Shown: piece by piece, positions 1-8,672 of the stretch
Layout of the letters: each line of letters opens with the position of its first letter
Position numbering within the stretch: the first letter of the stretch is position 1
Origin: Thermoproteota archaeon
GTDB taxonomy: Archaea > Thermoproteota > Thermoprotei > Thermoproteales > Thermocladiaceae
Direction of reading: 5' to 3'
Assembly: GCA_013154355.1 (NCBI GenBank)
Contig: JAADCU010000114.1
Location: forward strand, 1 to 58,186
DNA length: 58,186 nt
Made by a program: the position numbers and the translations under genes
The notes under the pieces: generated by a model
Seen by the model: only the letters and a program-made list of their open reading frames with translations
What the model was told of the DNA's origin: nothing
The model's database searches: none

Positions 1-50
1 GTTTGTGGGTTAGTGTTTTTATGTGGGTTTTTTGTGTTTTTGTGTTTAAT

Positions 51-1415
51 ATGCGTGTTGTTGTTAAGTTTGGGGGGTCTCTGCTTAGGGGGGGTGGTGA
101 TTTTCTGAGGATTGGTAGGGAGGTGTGTAGGTTGCTGAGTGAGGGTTTTGAGGTTGTGGTTGTTGTGTCTGCTGTTAAGGGTGTTACTGACATGTTGGAG
201 GTTCTGTCTCGTCCTGTTGATAGGTGGCAGGACATGGTTCTTCAGCTCAGAGAGCTTCATGAGAGGATAATTAGGGAGCTTGGTCTCAGCTCTACTCTGG
301 AGAAGGAGGTCATTGCTAAGGTGAACTCTCTCTTTGAGGAGCTTTATAGGACTGTGGAAGCTATAAACGTTCTTAAGGAGACTTCTCCACGTATTAGAGA
401 TCTAGTACTCTCATTTGGTGAGAGACTTAGCGTTATCTTAATGTGGGCTACACTTACCAAGCTTGGAGTAGAATGCATCCATCTGACAGGTAGAGAGGCA
501 GGAATAGTGACAAATGAGAGATATGGAGAAGCAAAGCCCATATATGACCTATCTCGAAAGATGGTTAACGAGAACCTACTAAAATACTTGAAGAACGGTA
601 TAACGCCCATAGTGACAGGATTCATAGCTGGGACAGTAGATGGAAAGATAACTACACTAGGAAGAGGAGGAAGCGACTACACAGCAACACTACTAGCATA
701 TCTGATAGATGCAGACGAGGTCATACTATATACAGACGTGCCAGGAATAATGACTGGTGATCCAAAGTTCGTGAAGAATGCTAGAGTAGTACCAGAACTA
801 AGCTACGAGGAAGCAATAATGAGTGCTCAGCTAGGAGCAAAGAGACTACACCCAAGAACTTTTGAACCCGTGAGAGATACGGACATAAGGACCGTCATAA
901 CGTCGATAGGTGCGTCAGAGAGGACAGTAATACAGAGAGAATTGAAAGATCCTCCACTCAAGATGACAGCACTAAGCACAGGAGACGTACTACTTAGAGC
1001 AAGAGTACCTGAAGAAACATTTCACGACTTCCTAATGGAGCTATCTCTAGGACTATCAAAACTAGGAATAGAAGATGTGAGATACATGACCTACTCAGAC
1101 TACGAGTCACAACTATACATAATAATTCGAGGAAGAGCACTAGACCACACACTAAAACTAGTATCAGGACTACAGTCAAAGAGACTAATAGAAGAGGCAA
1201 AAATGTATAAAGACATAGCAATAGTATCAGTAATAGGACACGGATCAAGAGACCCATCACTACTAGCACCATACCTAGATAAATTGAGAGACACTCCCAC
1301 ACTAGCAACAATACAGATGAAGAACGCGTTCGCAGTAGTAGTACCATCAGACAGAGCAGCAACAGTTATGTATAGATTTCACGAAGAACTACTCAAACAA
1401 TGGGAGAAGAGGTAA
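51..1415 (+). CDS. aspartate kinase (amino-acid kinase domain plus C-terminal ACT-like region)
   Basis: ORF 3..1415. I moved the start to ATG 51, giving MRVVVKFGGS, the classic amino-acid-kinase N-terminus. Other motifs: VVVVSAVKGVTD, GRGGSDYTA, and an ACT-like IAIVSVIGHG near the C-terminus. The stop overlaps the next gene by 16 nt. Confidence 0.8.
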   Translation: MRVVVKFGGSLLRGGGDFLRIGREVCRLLSEGFEVVVVVSAVKGVTDMLEVLSRPVDRWQDMVLQLRELHERIIRELGLSSTLEKEVIAKVNSLFEELYRTVEAINVLKETSPRIRDLVLSFGERLSVILMWATLTKLGVECIHLTGREAGIVTNERYGEAKPIYDLSRKMVNENLLKYLKNGITPIVTGFIAGTVDGKITTLGRGGSDYTATLLAYLIDADEVILYTDVPGIMTGDPKFVKNARVVPELSYEEAIMSAQLGAKRLHPRTFEPVRDTDIRTVITSIGASERTVIQRELKDPPLKMTALSTGDVLLRARVPEETFHDFLMELSLGLSKLGIEDVRYMTYSDYESQLYIIIRGRALDHTLKLVSGLQSKRLIEEAKMYKDIAIVSVIGHGSRDPSLLAPYLDKLRDTPTLATIQMKNAFAVVVPSDRAATVMYRFHEELLKQWEKR

Positions 1416-2479
1416 GAAGAGAACTAGCAGAACTAAGGAGGAAGATCGACAGAATAGATGAGACAATACTCAGACTAATAAAAAAGAGAGCAGAACTAGC
1501 AAGAGAGATAGCGAGAGAGAAGATAACGATAGGACTATCAATAATAGATAGAGAAAGAGAAGAGACCGTACGAAGAAGATGGATAGAAAGAGCAGAGAAC
1601 CTCGAGCTACCTAGAGAAGTAATAGAACCTGTCCTAGACGCAGTCATGAAGTACGCAATAATGATGCAGGTCGCTGAGACAGTAGGAAGAAAATGGAAAG
1701 ATAAGATAGAGATAACCATAATTGGTGCAGGAGGAATGGGAAAGACAATGTACAAGCTCTTCACCACCTTCGGAATAAGAACAACAGTGCTCTCAGCAAG
1801 AGAGATAGCAGAGAAGGAGAATATAGAGCTACCTCAGGGAAGAGTGCTCATATTTGCTACACGTCCAGAGTTCTTTAGAGAAAAGACCTTTCTCAAGGTG
1901 CTAGACAGTGCTAGGGCGGGGACAGTAGTAATGGATGTTCTATCAGTTAAAGAGAGAACATTCAACATGATAGATAGAGAATGTGCAAAAAGAGATCTAG
2001 AATACATAAGTGCTCACCCACTTTTTGGACCAACAATACTCGTACTTGGAGAGAACATAATACTGATAAGAGGAGAATCCTGTAAAGAGGAGACCTTCAC
2101 CCTTATACGTAACCTCTTCTCAGACATGGGCCTACACGTCATAGTTCTAGATAGTGCAGAGACACATGATAGATACATGTCAGTGATACAGGTACTACAT
2201 CATTTTCATCAGCTATCTCTGATGAAGAGTCTTGAAAAATGTTCTAGAGAAGAAGGAATAGACGTAAGAAAACTATGTACTAAAAGCCTCAGAATGACTC
2301 TTAAAGTTCTAGATAGGTTAAGAGACGTCATGAGAGCAGTAATAGAGATACAGCTTTATAATAAGTATGCACGAGATATGAGAAAGATAAGCATAGAGAA
2401 CATGAAGAGACTTGCAGAATGTCTAGACTCCTCTGGAGAAGATATTGATAAAGCTATGAAGTGCGTAGAAGCTGAATGA
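1400..2479 (+). CDS. tyrA: bifunctional chorismate mutase / prephenate dehydrogenase
   Basis: N-terminal AroQ-type chorismate mutase signature (ELAELRRKIDRIDETILRLIKKRAELAREIAREK), then a Rossmann motif IIGAGGMGK and a prephenate dehydrogenase-like SAHPLFGP. Confidence 0.8.
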   Translation: MGEEVRRELAELRRKIDRIDETILRLIKKRAELAREIAREKITIGLSIIDREREETVRRRWIERAENLELPREVIEPVLDAVMKYAIMMQVAETVGRKWKDKIEITIIGAGGMGKTMYKLFTTFGIRTTVLSAREIAEKENIELPQGRVLIFATRPEFFREKTFLKVLDSARAGTVVMDVLSVKERTFNMIDRECAKRDLEYISAHPLFGPTILVLGENIILIRGESCKEETFTLIRNLFSDMGLHVIVLDSAETHDRYMSVIQVLHHFHQLSLMKSLEKCSREEGIDVRKLCTKSLRMTLKVLDRLRDVMRAVIEIQLYNKYARDMRKISIENMKRLAECLDSSGEDIDKAMKCVEAE

Positions 2480-3303
2480 CTCTGCTCTTTGGGCTACTTG
2501 GAAGAAACATAGGATACACGTTATCACCGTACATACATAATACAGTGTTCAAGATGTATAACATAGATGCTGAGTATCATGTCATCGATGTTCCTGAGAG
2601 CGAGCTTGAGGAAAAATTGAAATATATATTCGAGAGGTACACAGGATTGAATGTTACGATACCTTACAAGATAACCATAATGAAGTACCTCGATGAGCTC
2701 ACGAGAGAGGCAGAGATCGTTGGTGCAGTAAACACGGTGAAGATAGATAATAAGAAGATAGGTCATAACACGGACATAGTAGGAATAGAACTATCATTAA
2801 AGAGGAAGAACATAGATGTAAAAGGTAGAGACTGTCTAGTTCTAGGAGCAGGAGGTGCAGCCAGAGCAGCAGTATACGTATTCTATAAGGGAGAGGCTAG
2901 GCGAGTAGTAGTATGTAATAGGAGCAGAAGCAGAGCAGAGGAACTGAAAAAGCATTTTGAGAAATATGACATAGATGTGGAGATAGTAGACTGGGATAAG
3001 AGAAACGAGATAGCGAGACAGAGTGATATCATAATAAATTGTACACCTGTTGGAACATTAAGTGAGGAATCTCCACTCGATACCACAGTCATAGATAGTG
3101 GAAAGGTAGTGATAGACATGGTATATAGGCCAAGATATACTAGACTGCTTAGAGATGCAGCAAGTAGAGGAGCAGTCATAGTAGATGGATTAACAATACT
3201 GATATATCAGGCACTAGCAGCTGACAAGTTCTGGCTAGGTATAGAGCCTAGTGAAGAGCTATTCAACGCGGTTGAAAGAGTTCTAGAGGATCTAGCGTGG
3301 TAA
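2476..3303 (+). CDS. aroE: shikimate 5-dehydrogenase
   Basis: Motifs YTLSPYIHN, NVTIPYK, GHNTD and LGAGGAARA. There is a 4-nt ATGA overlap with the upstream gene. Confidence 0.85.
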   Translation: MTLLFGLLGRNIGYTLSPYIHNTVFKMYNIDAEYHVIDVPESELEEKLKYIFERYTGLNVTIPYKITIMKYLDELTREAEIVGAVNTVKIDNKKIGHNTDIVGIELSLKRKNIDVKGRDCLVLGAGGAARAAVYVFYKGEARRVVVCNRSRSRAEELKKHFEKYDIDVEIVDWDKRNEIARQSDIIINCTPVGTLSEESPLDTTVIDSGKVVIDMVYRPRYTRLLRDAASRGAVIVDGLTILIYQALAADKFWLGIEPSEELFNAVERVLEDLAW

Positions 3304-3304
3304 C

Positions 3305-3709
3305 ATGTGCAGAGTAGTATACTGTGAGAAAGATAGAATATGTGGTAGAGTAGTGAAGACAGACTATATATCACTGCTCGGTGACGTAGATCCAGATAGA
3401 GGAGCTCTCAGAGATGGAAGAGAGGTGAAAGATAAGATACTAGTCTACGTTCAAGCGACAGGATCGACAGTAGGATCATATATACTATATGCACTATCTA
3501 AGAGAAATAGAAAGCCTCTAGCAATACTATGCGTAGAGATCGATAACCTGACACTCGTAGGATGCGTTCTCGGCGAAATACCACTAGTCAAGATAAGTAG
3601 AGAAGAGTATGAGCTAATTAGAGACGGTGAGGAAATATGTGTCGAGTTTGATAATGTTAATAGAGAAGAATGCCGCATCGTTAAAGATGAACGAGAGCTT
3701 CACACTTAG
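3305..3709 (+). CDS. aconitase X swivel-domain protein (DUF126); possibly the phosphomevalonate dehydratase small subunit
   Basis: About 134 aa, with ISLLGDVDPDRG and ATGSTVGSYILYAL..KPLAIL, typical of DUF126/AcnX small subunits. No large-subunit (DUF521) gene is adjacent. Confidence 0.5.
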   Translation: MCRVVYCEKDRICGRVVKTDYISLLGDVDPDRGALRDGREVKDKILVYVQATGSTVGSYILYALSKRNRKPLAILCVEIDNLTLVGCVLGEIPLVKISREEYELIRDGEEICVEFDNVNREECRIVKDERELHT

Positions 3710-4844
3710 GTACAGGAACGACATATACTTTGGATCTAACATACTTGAAGACAGTTTAAGAGAGGTAATGAAAGTCTTAAAGTGTAGAAGAGTGCTCATA
3801 ATTACGGGCAAGAAGAGTGCAAAAATATCAGGCGCCTTAGATAGAACAGTGAAAGTACTTCAAGAACTTAACATAGATTATGAACATGTAGACTATGTCT
3901 TACCTAACCCATCTTTAAGCATTGCAGAGCAGGTATTAGATAGATGCATCAGCTATAAGCCAGAAACCATCATAGCTATTGGAGGAGGTTCAGTAATAGA
4001 TACAGCTAAGGTGGTATCAGCAGCATACTTCTCAAATATGAGAATTATCGACATATTTAGAGGAGAACAGCCAAAAGGTAAGATACCTCTAGTAGCGGTA
4101 AATCTAACACATGGATCAGGTACAGAAGCAGATAGGTATGCTGTAATAACTGATGAGTCTACGAGGATAAAGAAGGGTCTTGCAAGTGAAGTATTCTATC
4201 CAACATATTCTATAGATGACCCAACATTAACATTGACGTTACCGAGAAATCAGACGGCATATACAAGCATTGATGCATTATATCACTGTATTGAGTCATC
4301 GTCTAGTATAATGTCGTCACCGTTTACTAGAGTTCTAGCAGTGGACTCAATGTTTAAAATATTTGAATACCTTCCAAGAGCATACATTGATGGTTCAGAT
4401 CTAGAAGCAAGATACTGGCTTCTCTATGCATCACTTCTAGGAGGAATATGTATAGATAATTCAAGAACACATATAGTACATGCTGTCGAACATGCTATCA
4501 GTGGTCTAAGACCTGACATACCACATGGGCTAGGTCTTGCAGTGATTGGTCCTAGACTGATAGGATACGTGTATAGTAAAGTTCCTGATAAGTTTCTAAT
4601 ATTTAGAGAGTTTATACCAGATCTAAAACTTAGAAGTGATGAACATAGAAGAGTAGAATTCTTTCTCAAGTACGTATCTGAGCAATATGGTGTAGAGCCT
4701 AGACTATCAAGTTTAGGATTAGGTAAAGATGATATAAAACAGATTGTTAGACTTACTATCGAGAGTTCGTCTCACCTGTTAGCATTATGCCCATGTAAGA
4801 TTACTGAGGAAGATATTGAGAAGATATTGTTTGAACTTGTTTAA
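3687..4844 (+). CDS. iron-containing (class III) alcohol dehydrogenase family protein
   Basis: ORF 3627..4844. I prefer the start at ATG 3687 (MNESFTL), which leaves a 23-nt overlap with the upstream gene. Motifs: GGGSVIDTAK, HGSGTEADRY, HAVEHAISG, PHGLGLAV. Confidence 0.7.
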   Translation: MNESFTLRYRNDIYFGSNILEDSLREVMKVLKCRRVLIITGKKSAKISGALDRTVKVLQELNIDYEHVDYVLPNPSLSIAEQVLDRCISYKPETIIAIGGGSVIDTAKVVSAAYFSNMRIIDIFRGEQPKGKIPLVAVNLTHGSGTEADRYAVITDESTRIKKGLASEVFYPTYSIDDPTLTLTLPRNQTAYTSIDALYHCIESSSSIMSSPFTRVLAVDSMFKIFEYLPRAYIDGSDLEARYWLLYASLLGGICIDNSRTHIVHAVEHAISGLRPDIPHGLGLAVIGPRLIGYVYSKVPDKFLIFREFIPDLKLRSDEHRRVEFFLKYVSEQYGVEPRLSSLGLGKDDIKQIVRLTIESSSHLLALCPCKITEEDIEKILFELV

Positions 4845-6190
4845 TGTTTTCTCTTTCTATACATCATCGCCATAATGATGATTATGATTATCAGTATTAT
4901 GATTACACCAAGCTCAGCATAGACTATGCTTGGAGAGTAAGTTGATCTAGCAGAAGCTGAGGCTGGTGCTGATATGCTGCTTCTACTAGTCCTATTACCA
5001 TGTATGACTCCTAGAGCAACATAGGGATCTACTCCCGCTCTACCTAGCTCATAGAATAAGGAGGGATATCTCCATACATGTCCTCTAAAGTCTATTGTCT
5101 TGAGGACTTTAACAAAGTAGTCAGGCTGGTTAACGTACTTGAGCATGTAGAGGTCAGCTATGACTCTAGATACCCACCATGAAGGACCATGAAAACTTGT
5201 ATGATACTTTTTCAAATATATGTGAACTTTAGTCCAATTAAATGCTAAGATGTATGCTCTACCTGTATCTGTCTCTGGATCATAGGCTATTACGATACCA
5301 GCAACATTACCTCCAAGAATCTTAGAGATCTCATCCTGCTCACTCCATGGTAGTAGTTTCACTATTATTCTTCTTTTTCCAGGAGAAGCATCAAAGAGCT
5401 GAACATAGACGTCGTCCTTACAGTACACTGGTGACGCAATTATATATACCTTATCTCTAGAGGTTATAAGCTTATTCATCATAAGGTACTTGTACATTAA
5501 AAATCCTGATAGGAGACCAGGACAGATATGATTATGAAGTTCAGATGCTAGAAGCAGAAGAGCTGGAGCATCATGAGACCAGACTGCAGTGATAGTTACT
5601 ATAGAGAATGCAGCATATTTGTTCAATTTTTCCGTAAGATAGTTCCACATCTTTGAAGGTTCTTTAAGACCCTTCTCAACTATGCTATTAATGTTGAACG
5701 ATAGAATATTCATCTTAGAGATACATTTCCTTACTATCATTGAGGAGGCTTCTGAAATAGTGATTTTACCCGAGCACAGGCTATCTATCACGTTTTTTAA
5801 ACATTCTCTACTAAATTCAATATATATGCTCATCCTAGTGTCATTATAGTACACAAATATCCAAGGTATCGAGTACACAGGAGCATGTACTGGAACAGCA
5901 TTATAGGGGACCACGAATCCATGAGACGTGAAGTAGTATGAGAGAGGATAAAGATCGTAACCGTCTACCTCGCTATACTTCAGATCTGTCAATAATAGTG
6001 CATGAGTAACATCTTTTATGTCTAGCTTGTTCATGACTATGTTATATATTTTTGCACTAGCACTCTCTAGCATGTTAACTACCTTCCATTCACAGTATGG
6101 TGAGAATGAATATATAGGATATGTCACAATTATGATAAGTAACGTCATTAGGATGATCATGCCATATCTTAGTGCTTGTCTCGTATTCAT
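4841..6190 (-). CDS. membrane-anchored FmdE-domain protein
   Basis: N-terminal hydrophobic segment (MIILMTLLIIIVTYPIY). Internal FmdE-like core: HNHICPGLLSGF ... IIASPVYCKDDVYVQLFDASPGKRRII. A Ser/Ala-rich linker leads to a C-terminal TM helix plus a basic tail (IIILIIIIIIMAMMYRKRKH). Confidence 0.5.
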   Translation of the reverse strand: MNTRQALRYGMIILMTLLIIIVTYPIYSFSPYCEWKVVNMLESASAKIYNIVMNKLDIKDVTHALLLTDLKYSEVDGYDLYPLSYYFTSHGFVVPYNAVPVHAPVYSIPWIFVYYNDTRMSIYIEFSRECLKNVIDSLCSGKITISEASSMIVRKCISKMNILSFNINSIVEKGLKEPSKMWNYLTEKLNKYAAFSIVTITAVWSHDAPALLLLASELHNHICPGLLSGFLMYKYLMMNKLITSRDKVYIIASPVYCKDDVYVQLFDASPGKRRIIVKLLPWSEQDEISKILGGNVAGIVIAYDPETDTGRAYILAFNWTKVHIYLKKYHTSFHGPSWWVSRVIADLYMLKYVNQPDYFVKVLKTIDFRGHVWRYPSLFYELGRAGVDPYVALGVIHGNRTSRSSISAPASASARSTYSPSIVYAELGVIIILIIIIIIMAMMYRKRKH

Positions 6191-6280
6191 ATACTACATA
6201 TTACTTACTTAGTTAATAAGGATTCTCGTCAGCGAGAAAACAGTTTAATAAGTATAAAGCGTGATCAGTATAATAATCAT

Positions 6281-6330
6281 GTGATGAACCGCGTGCTTCT
6301 CGATAGATGAAGAGTAAGTAACCCGGCTGA
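6281..6330 (+). ncRNA. C/D box sRNA candidate (2'-O-methylation guide)
   Basis: Box layout: C box GTGATGA (6281-6287), 12-nt spacer, degenerate D' TCGA, C' ATGAAGA (6307-6313), 13-nt spacer, D box CTGA (6327-6330). It is 50 nt long and intergenic. Confidence 0.55.
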
Positions 6331-6333
6331 TTA

Positions 6334-6342
6334 TTTTATAAA
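6334..6342 (+). promoter_or_regulatory. TATA-box-like element upstream of radA
   Basis: TTTTATAAA lies 39-47 nt upstream of the radA ATG, in an A/T-rich spacer. Confidence 0.4.
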
Positions 6343-6380
6343 TTGGACATATATTTCATACATGTATACTAGAGACAGAT

Positions 6381-7346
6381 ATGGGAGGAAAGTCAACATC
6401 AGGATACGATCTAGAGGATGTTGATGGTATTGGACCAAAGACGGCACAGATGCTACAGTCGCGTGGAATAATATCTGCAAGACATCTAGCACTCTTCACA
6501 CCTGAGGAACTAGTAGATATAACAGACATGACACCTGAAAGAGCTGAGAAAATACTTAGAAATGCTAGAGAACTAGTATTTGGACAAAAACGAGTACTAA
6601 AAGGAAGTGAGCTAGTGAAGACCATGCAAGACATGCCTAGACTAACTACAGGAGTAAAATCTATAGATAAGCTACTAGGAGGAGGACTAGAACCAAAGGC
6701 AACCTACGAGTTTGCTGGAGAATTTGGAACAGGAAAGACACAGCTATGTCATCAGCTAGCTGTGACCGTACAGTTACCAAGAGATAAAGGAGGAGCAGGA
6801 GGAGCATGTGCATACATAGATACAGAGGAGGCATTCTCACCATCTAGAATAGAAGCGATAGCAAAGAGGTTCGGTCTAGATCCACAGCAAGCTCTGGATA
6901 ATATATATGTCATGAAGGTCGTTAACGCTGCAGATCTAGAAGATAGGATAAAGTTCGATATCGTTAAATTAGTAGAACAGTGTAATGTCAAATTAATAAT
7001 AATAGACTCCATAATCGCACTATATAGAGCAGAATTTAAAGGACGCGAGAGACTGGCAGAGAGACAGCAGAGACTGAACTACATACTTGACTGGCTAATG
7101 AGAATAGCTAAAGTATACAACATATACATAGTAATGACAAACCAGGTACTCGACGTACCACTAGGATACATAGAAGTCAAAAGACCAGCTGGAGGAAACG
7201 TGCTAGCACACGCAGTAACACATAGACTGTTCTTAAAGAAGTCTAGAGATGATGTAAGAGTAATGGAAGTACTAGACAGTCCTAGACTACCGCATAAAGC
7301 AACAGCAACCTTCAGAATAACAGATAAAGGAGTAGAAGACACGTAA
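6381..7346 (+). CDS. radA: DNA repair and recombination protein RadA
   Basis: N-terminal HhH (LEDVDGIGPKTAQML), Walker A GEFGTGKTQ, Walker B LIIIDS, and a RadA/Rad51-like C-terminus. Confidence 0.95.
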   Translation: MGGKSTSGYDLEDVDGIGPKTAQMLQSRGIISARHLALFTPEELVDITDMTPERAEKILRNARELVFGQKRVLKGSELVKTMQDMPRLTTGVKSIDKLLGGGLEPKATYEFAGEFGTGKTQLCHQLAVTVQLPRDKGGAGGACAYIDTEEAFSPSRIEAIAKRFGLDPQQALDNIYVMKVVNAADLEDRIKFDIVKLVEQCNVKLIIIDSIIALYRAEFKGRERLAERQQRLNYILDWLMRIAKVYNIYIVMTNQVLDVPLGYIEVKRPAGGNVLAHAVTHRLFLKKSRDDVRVMEVLDSPRLPHKATATFRITDKGVEDT

Positions 7347-7352
7347 ATCTAG

Positions 7353-7400
7353 ATGATGAAAGTCCCGTAACGGAGGCATGAAGATGGTTTCCGGCACTGA
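7353..7400 (+). ncRNA. C/D box sRNA candidate
   Basis: Box layout: C box ATGATGA (7353-7359), 12-nt spacer AAGTCCCGTAAC, degenerate D' GGAG, C' ATGAAGA (7378-7384), 12-nt spacer TGGTTTCCGGCA, D box CTGA (7397-7400). It is 48 nt long and starts 7 nt after the radA stop. Confidence 0.55.
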
Positions 7401-7470
7401 GAATAGAGACAGCTATCATCTTCATGAGACGTCAATTGTCTTTAAAAAGCAGTAGACTAGTTAGAACATC

Positions 7471-7866
7471 ATGTACAGTATAGATGCTATAACGCCAGAC
7501 TTCTGGAGATATACATTTACTAATAAGGACTTCTCAACTATACCTATCGAAAAGTACAGGAACTTGATACTGGATATTCAAAAATTATTAGTAGAAGATA
7601 TAGAAAAGAGAAAGATCTCTGCGAGAATAGACATAGGGTACTCAAGAGAACTTGGTACACATGTTCTACATTTCGAGACTGAAGATCAGCTACTTAAAAT
7701 CTATGTAAGACCTCAAGGTGTTGATATAAGTGTGAGTAGAGTAGGAATGAAGAGATATCGTAAGCTAGTAACGAGATTATTCTATCTTCTTCGAGATCAC
7801 TCGCTAGTGCTCGGTGAGACCGTGTTCTTTCTCAAGATAAGAGTTAGAAAGTCACTTCTCAGCTAA
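7471..7866 (+). CDS. hypothetical protein
   Basis: 131-aa ORF with coding-like purine-rich composition. No motif recognised. Confidence 0.4.
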   Translation: MYSIDAITPDFWRYTFTNKDFSTIPIEKYRNLILDIQKLLVEDIEKRKISARIDIGYSRELGTHVLHFETEDQLLKIYVRPQGVDISVSRVGMKRYRKLVTRLFYLLRDHSLVLGETVFFLKIRVRKSLLS

Positions 7867-7880
7867 GTACGTCTCTACAG

Positions 7881-8591
7881 TTATCTGATACGTGTCTTTA
7901 TTATCTTCTGCATGAGTAATGTATTCGGTATGTATACTTCATCTCCCTGTTCTGTTCTTATTCTTGTGAACATTAGTGTTATATCTTCTACTTTTCCTAC
8001 AATGTTCTCAGGTATTATCTCTACTCTATCTCCTATCTTAAACGGTTTCCATATCATTAATACTATTCCAGCTGTCACGTTTCCCATTATGCTCCATCCC
8101 GCGAAAGCCAGGAACACTAGTGTACCAATTATTAGCATGGTTATCGCTATCACGTTCTTGAGAATATTCAATATGTGTAATATTACTAACATCACTATAA
8201 GTAGTATTAACCATTTTACTAACTTCTTTATGACTTCTATAGAAGATTTAGGAATTTTTAATCTTAGATGAAAAGTATCTATTACGGCTTCTACAGTTCT
8301 TACTGTTATGTATCCTCCAAGCACTGTCCATATCATTAAGAAGACTGTAGTTATGTAAGTCATATATTGCTTAATTATAGTAATGTTCTGTAATGATAAG
8401 AAAATTCCTATCATTATTATCGATGTTAATAATGGTTTTCTTATGAGTTTATATAATCGGTTTCCTGTCTCTTCAATGAGCACCTTGGGTAGCATGTTCT
8501 TTAGAACGTGTAGTATCACTATCGAGGTAATAGTGAATGCTCCTACTAGGAGAGTTATGCTTTCTAGGAGGGCTAGTAGTTCAGTTATCAT
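7881..8591 (-). CDS. small-conductance mechanosensitive channel (MscS family)
   Basis: Several N-terminal TM helices, then the MscS pore/beta-domain signature GNVTAGIVLMIWKPFKIGDRVEI ... GKVEDITLMFTRIRTEQGDEVYIPN. Confidence 0.7.
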   Translation of the reverse strand: MITELLALLESITLLVGAFTITSIVILHVLKNMLPKVLIEETGNRLYKLIRKPLLTSIIMIGIFLSLQNITIIKQYMTYITTVFLMIWTVLGGYITVRTVEAVIDTFHLRLKIPKSSIEVIKKLVKWLILLIVMLVILHILNILKNVIAITMLIIGTLVFLAFAGWSIMGNVTAGIVLMIWKPFKIGDRVEIIPENIVGKVEDITLMFTRIRTEQGDEVYIPNTLLMQKIIKTRIR

Positions 8592-8672
8592 TAGTCAGTA
8601 GGAGGAGATTAGAGAAGGCTTTTTTGTCTTTCTGCTGTTAACTCTTATATAGGAGATACATGTGCATAATGT

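Noticed and set aside
994-1767. Minus-strand ORFs 994..1362, 1100..1300 and 1393..1767
   Set aside because: They are Leu/Ser/Ile-rich shadows opposite the extremely A-rich sense strand of the aspartokinase and tyrA genes.
6261-6267. GTGATCA as an alternative C box 20 nt upstream of the sRNA candidate
   Set aside because: It deviates from UGAUGA at a critical position and gives non-canonical spacing.
7360-7375. AAGTCCCGTAACGGAG resembles the conserved 16S rRNA segment AAGTCCCGCAACGAGCG
   Set aside because: The similarity is in the sense orientation, so it is not guide-target complementarity. It is only about 12 nt long with no flanking rRNA-like sequence, so it is not an rRNA fragment either. 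It is probably coincidence.
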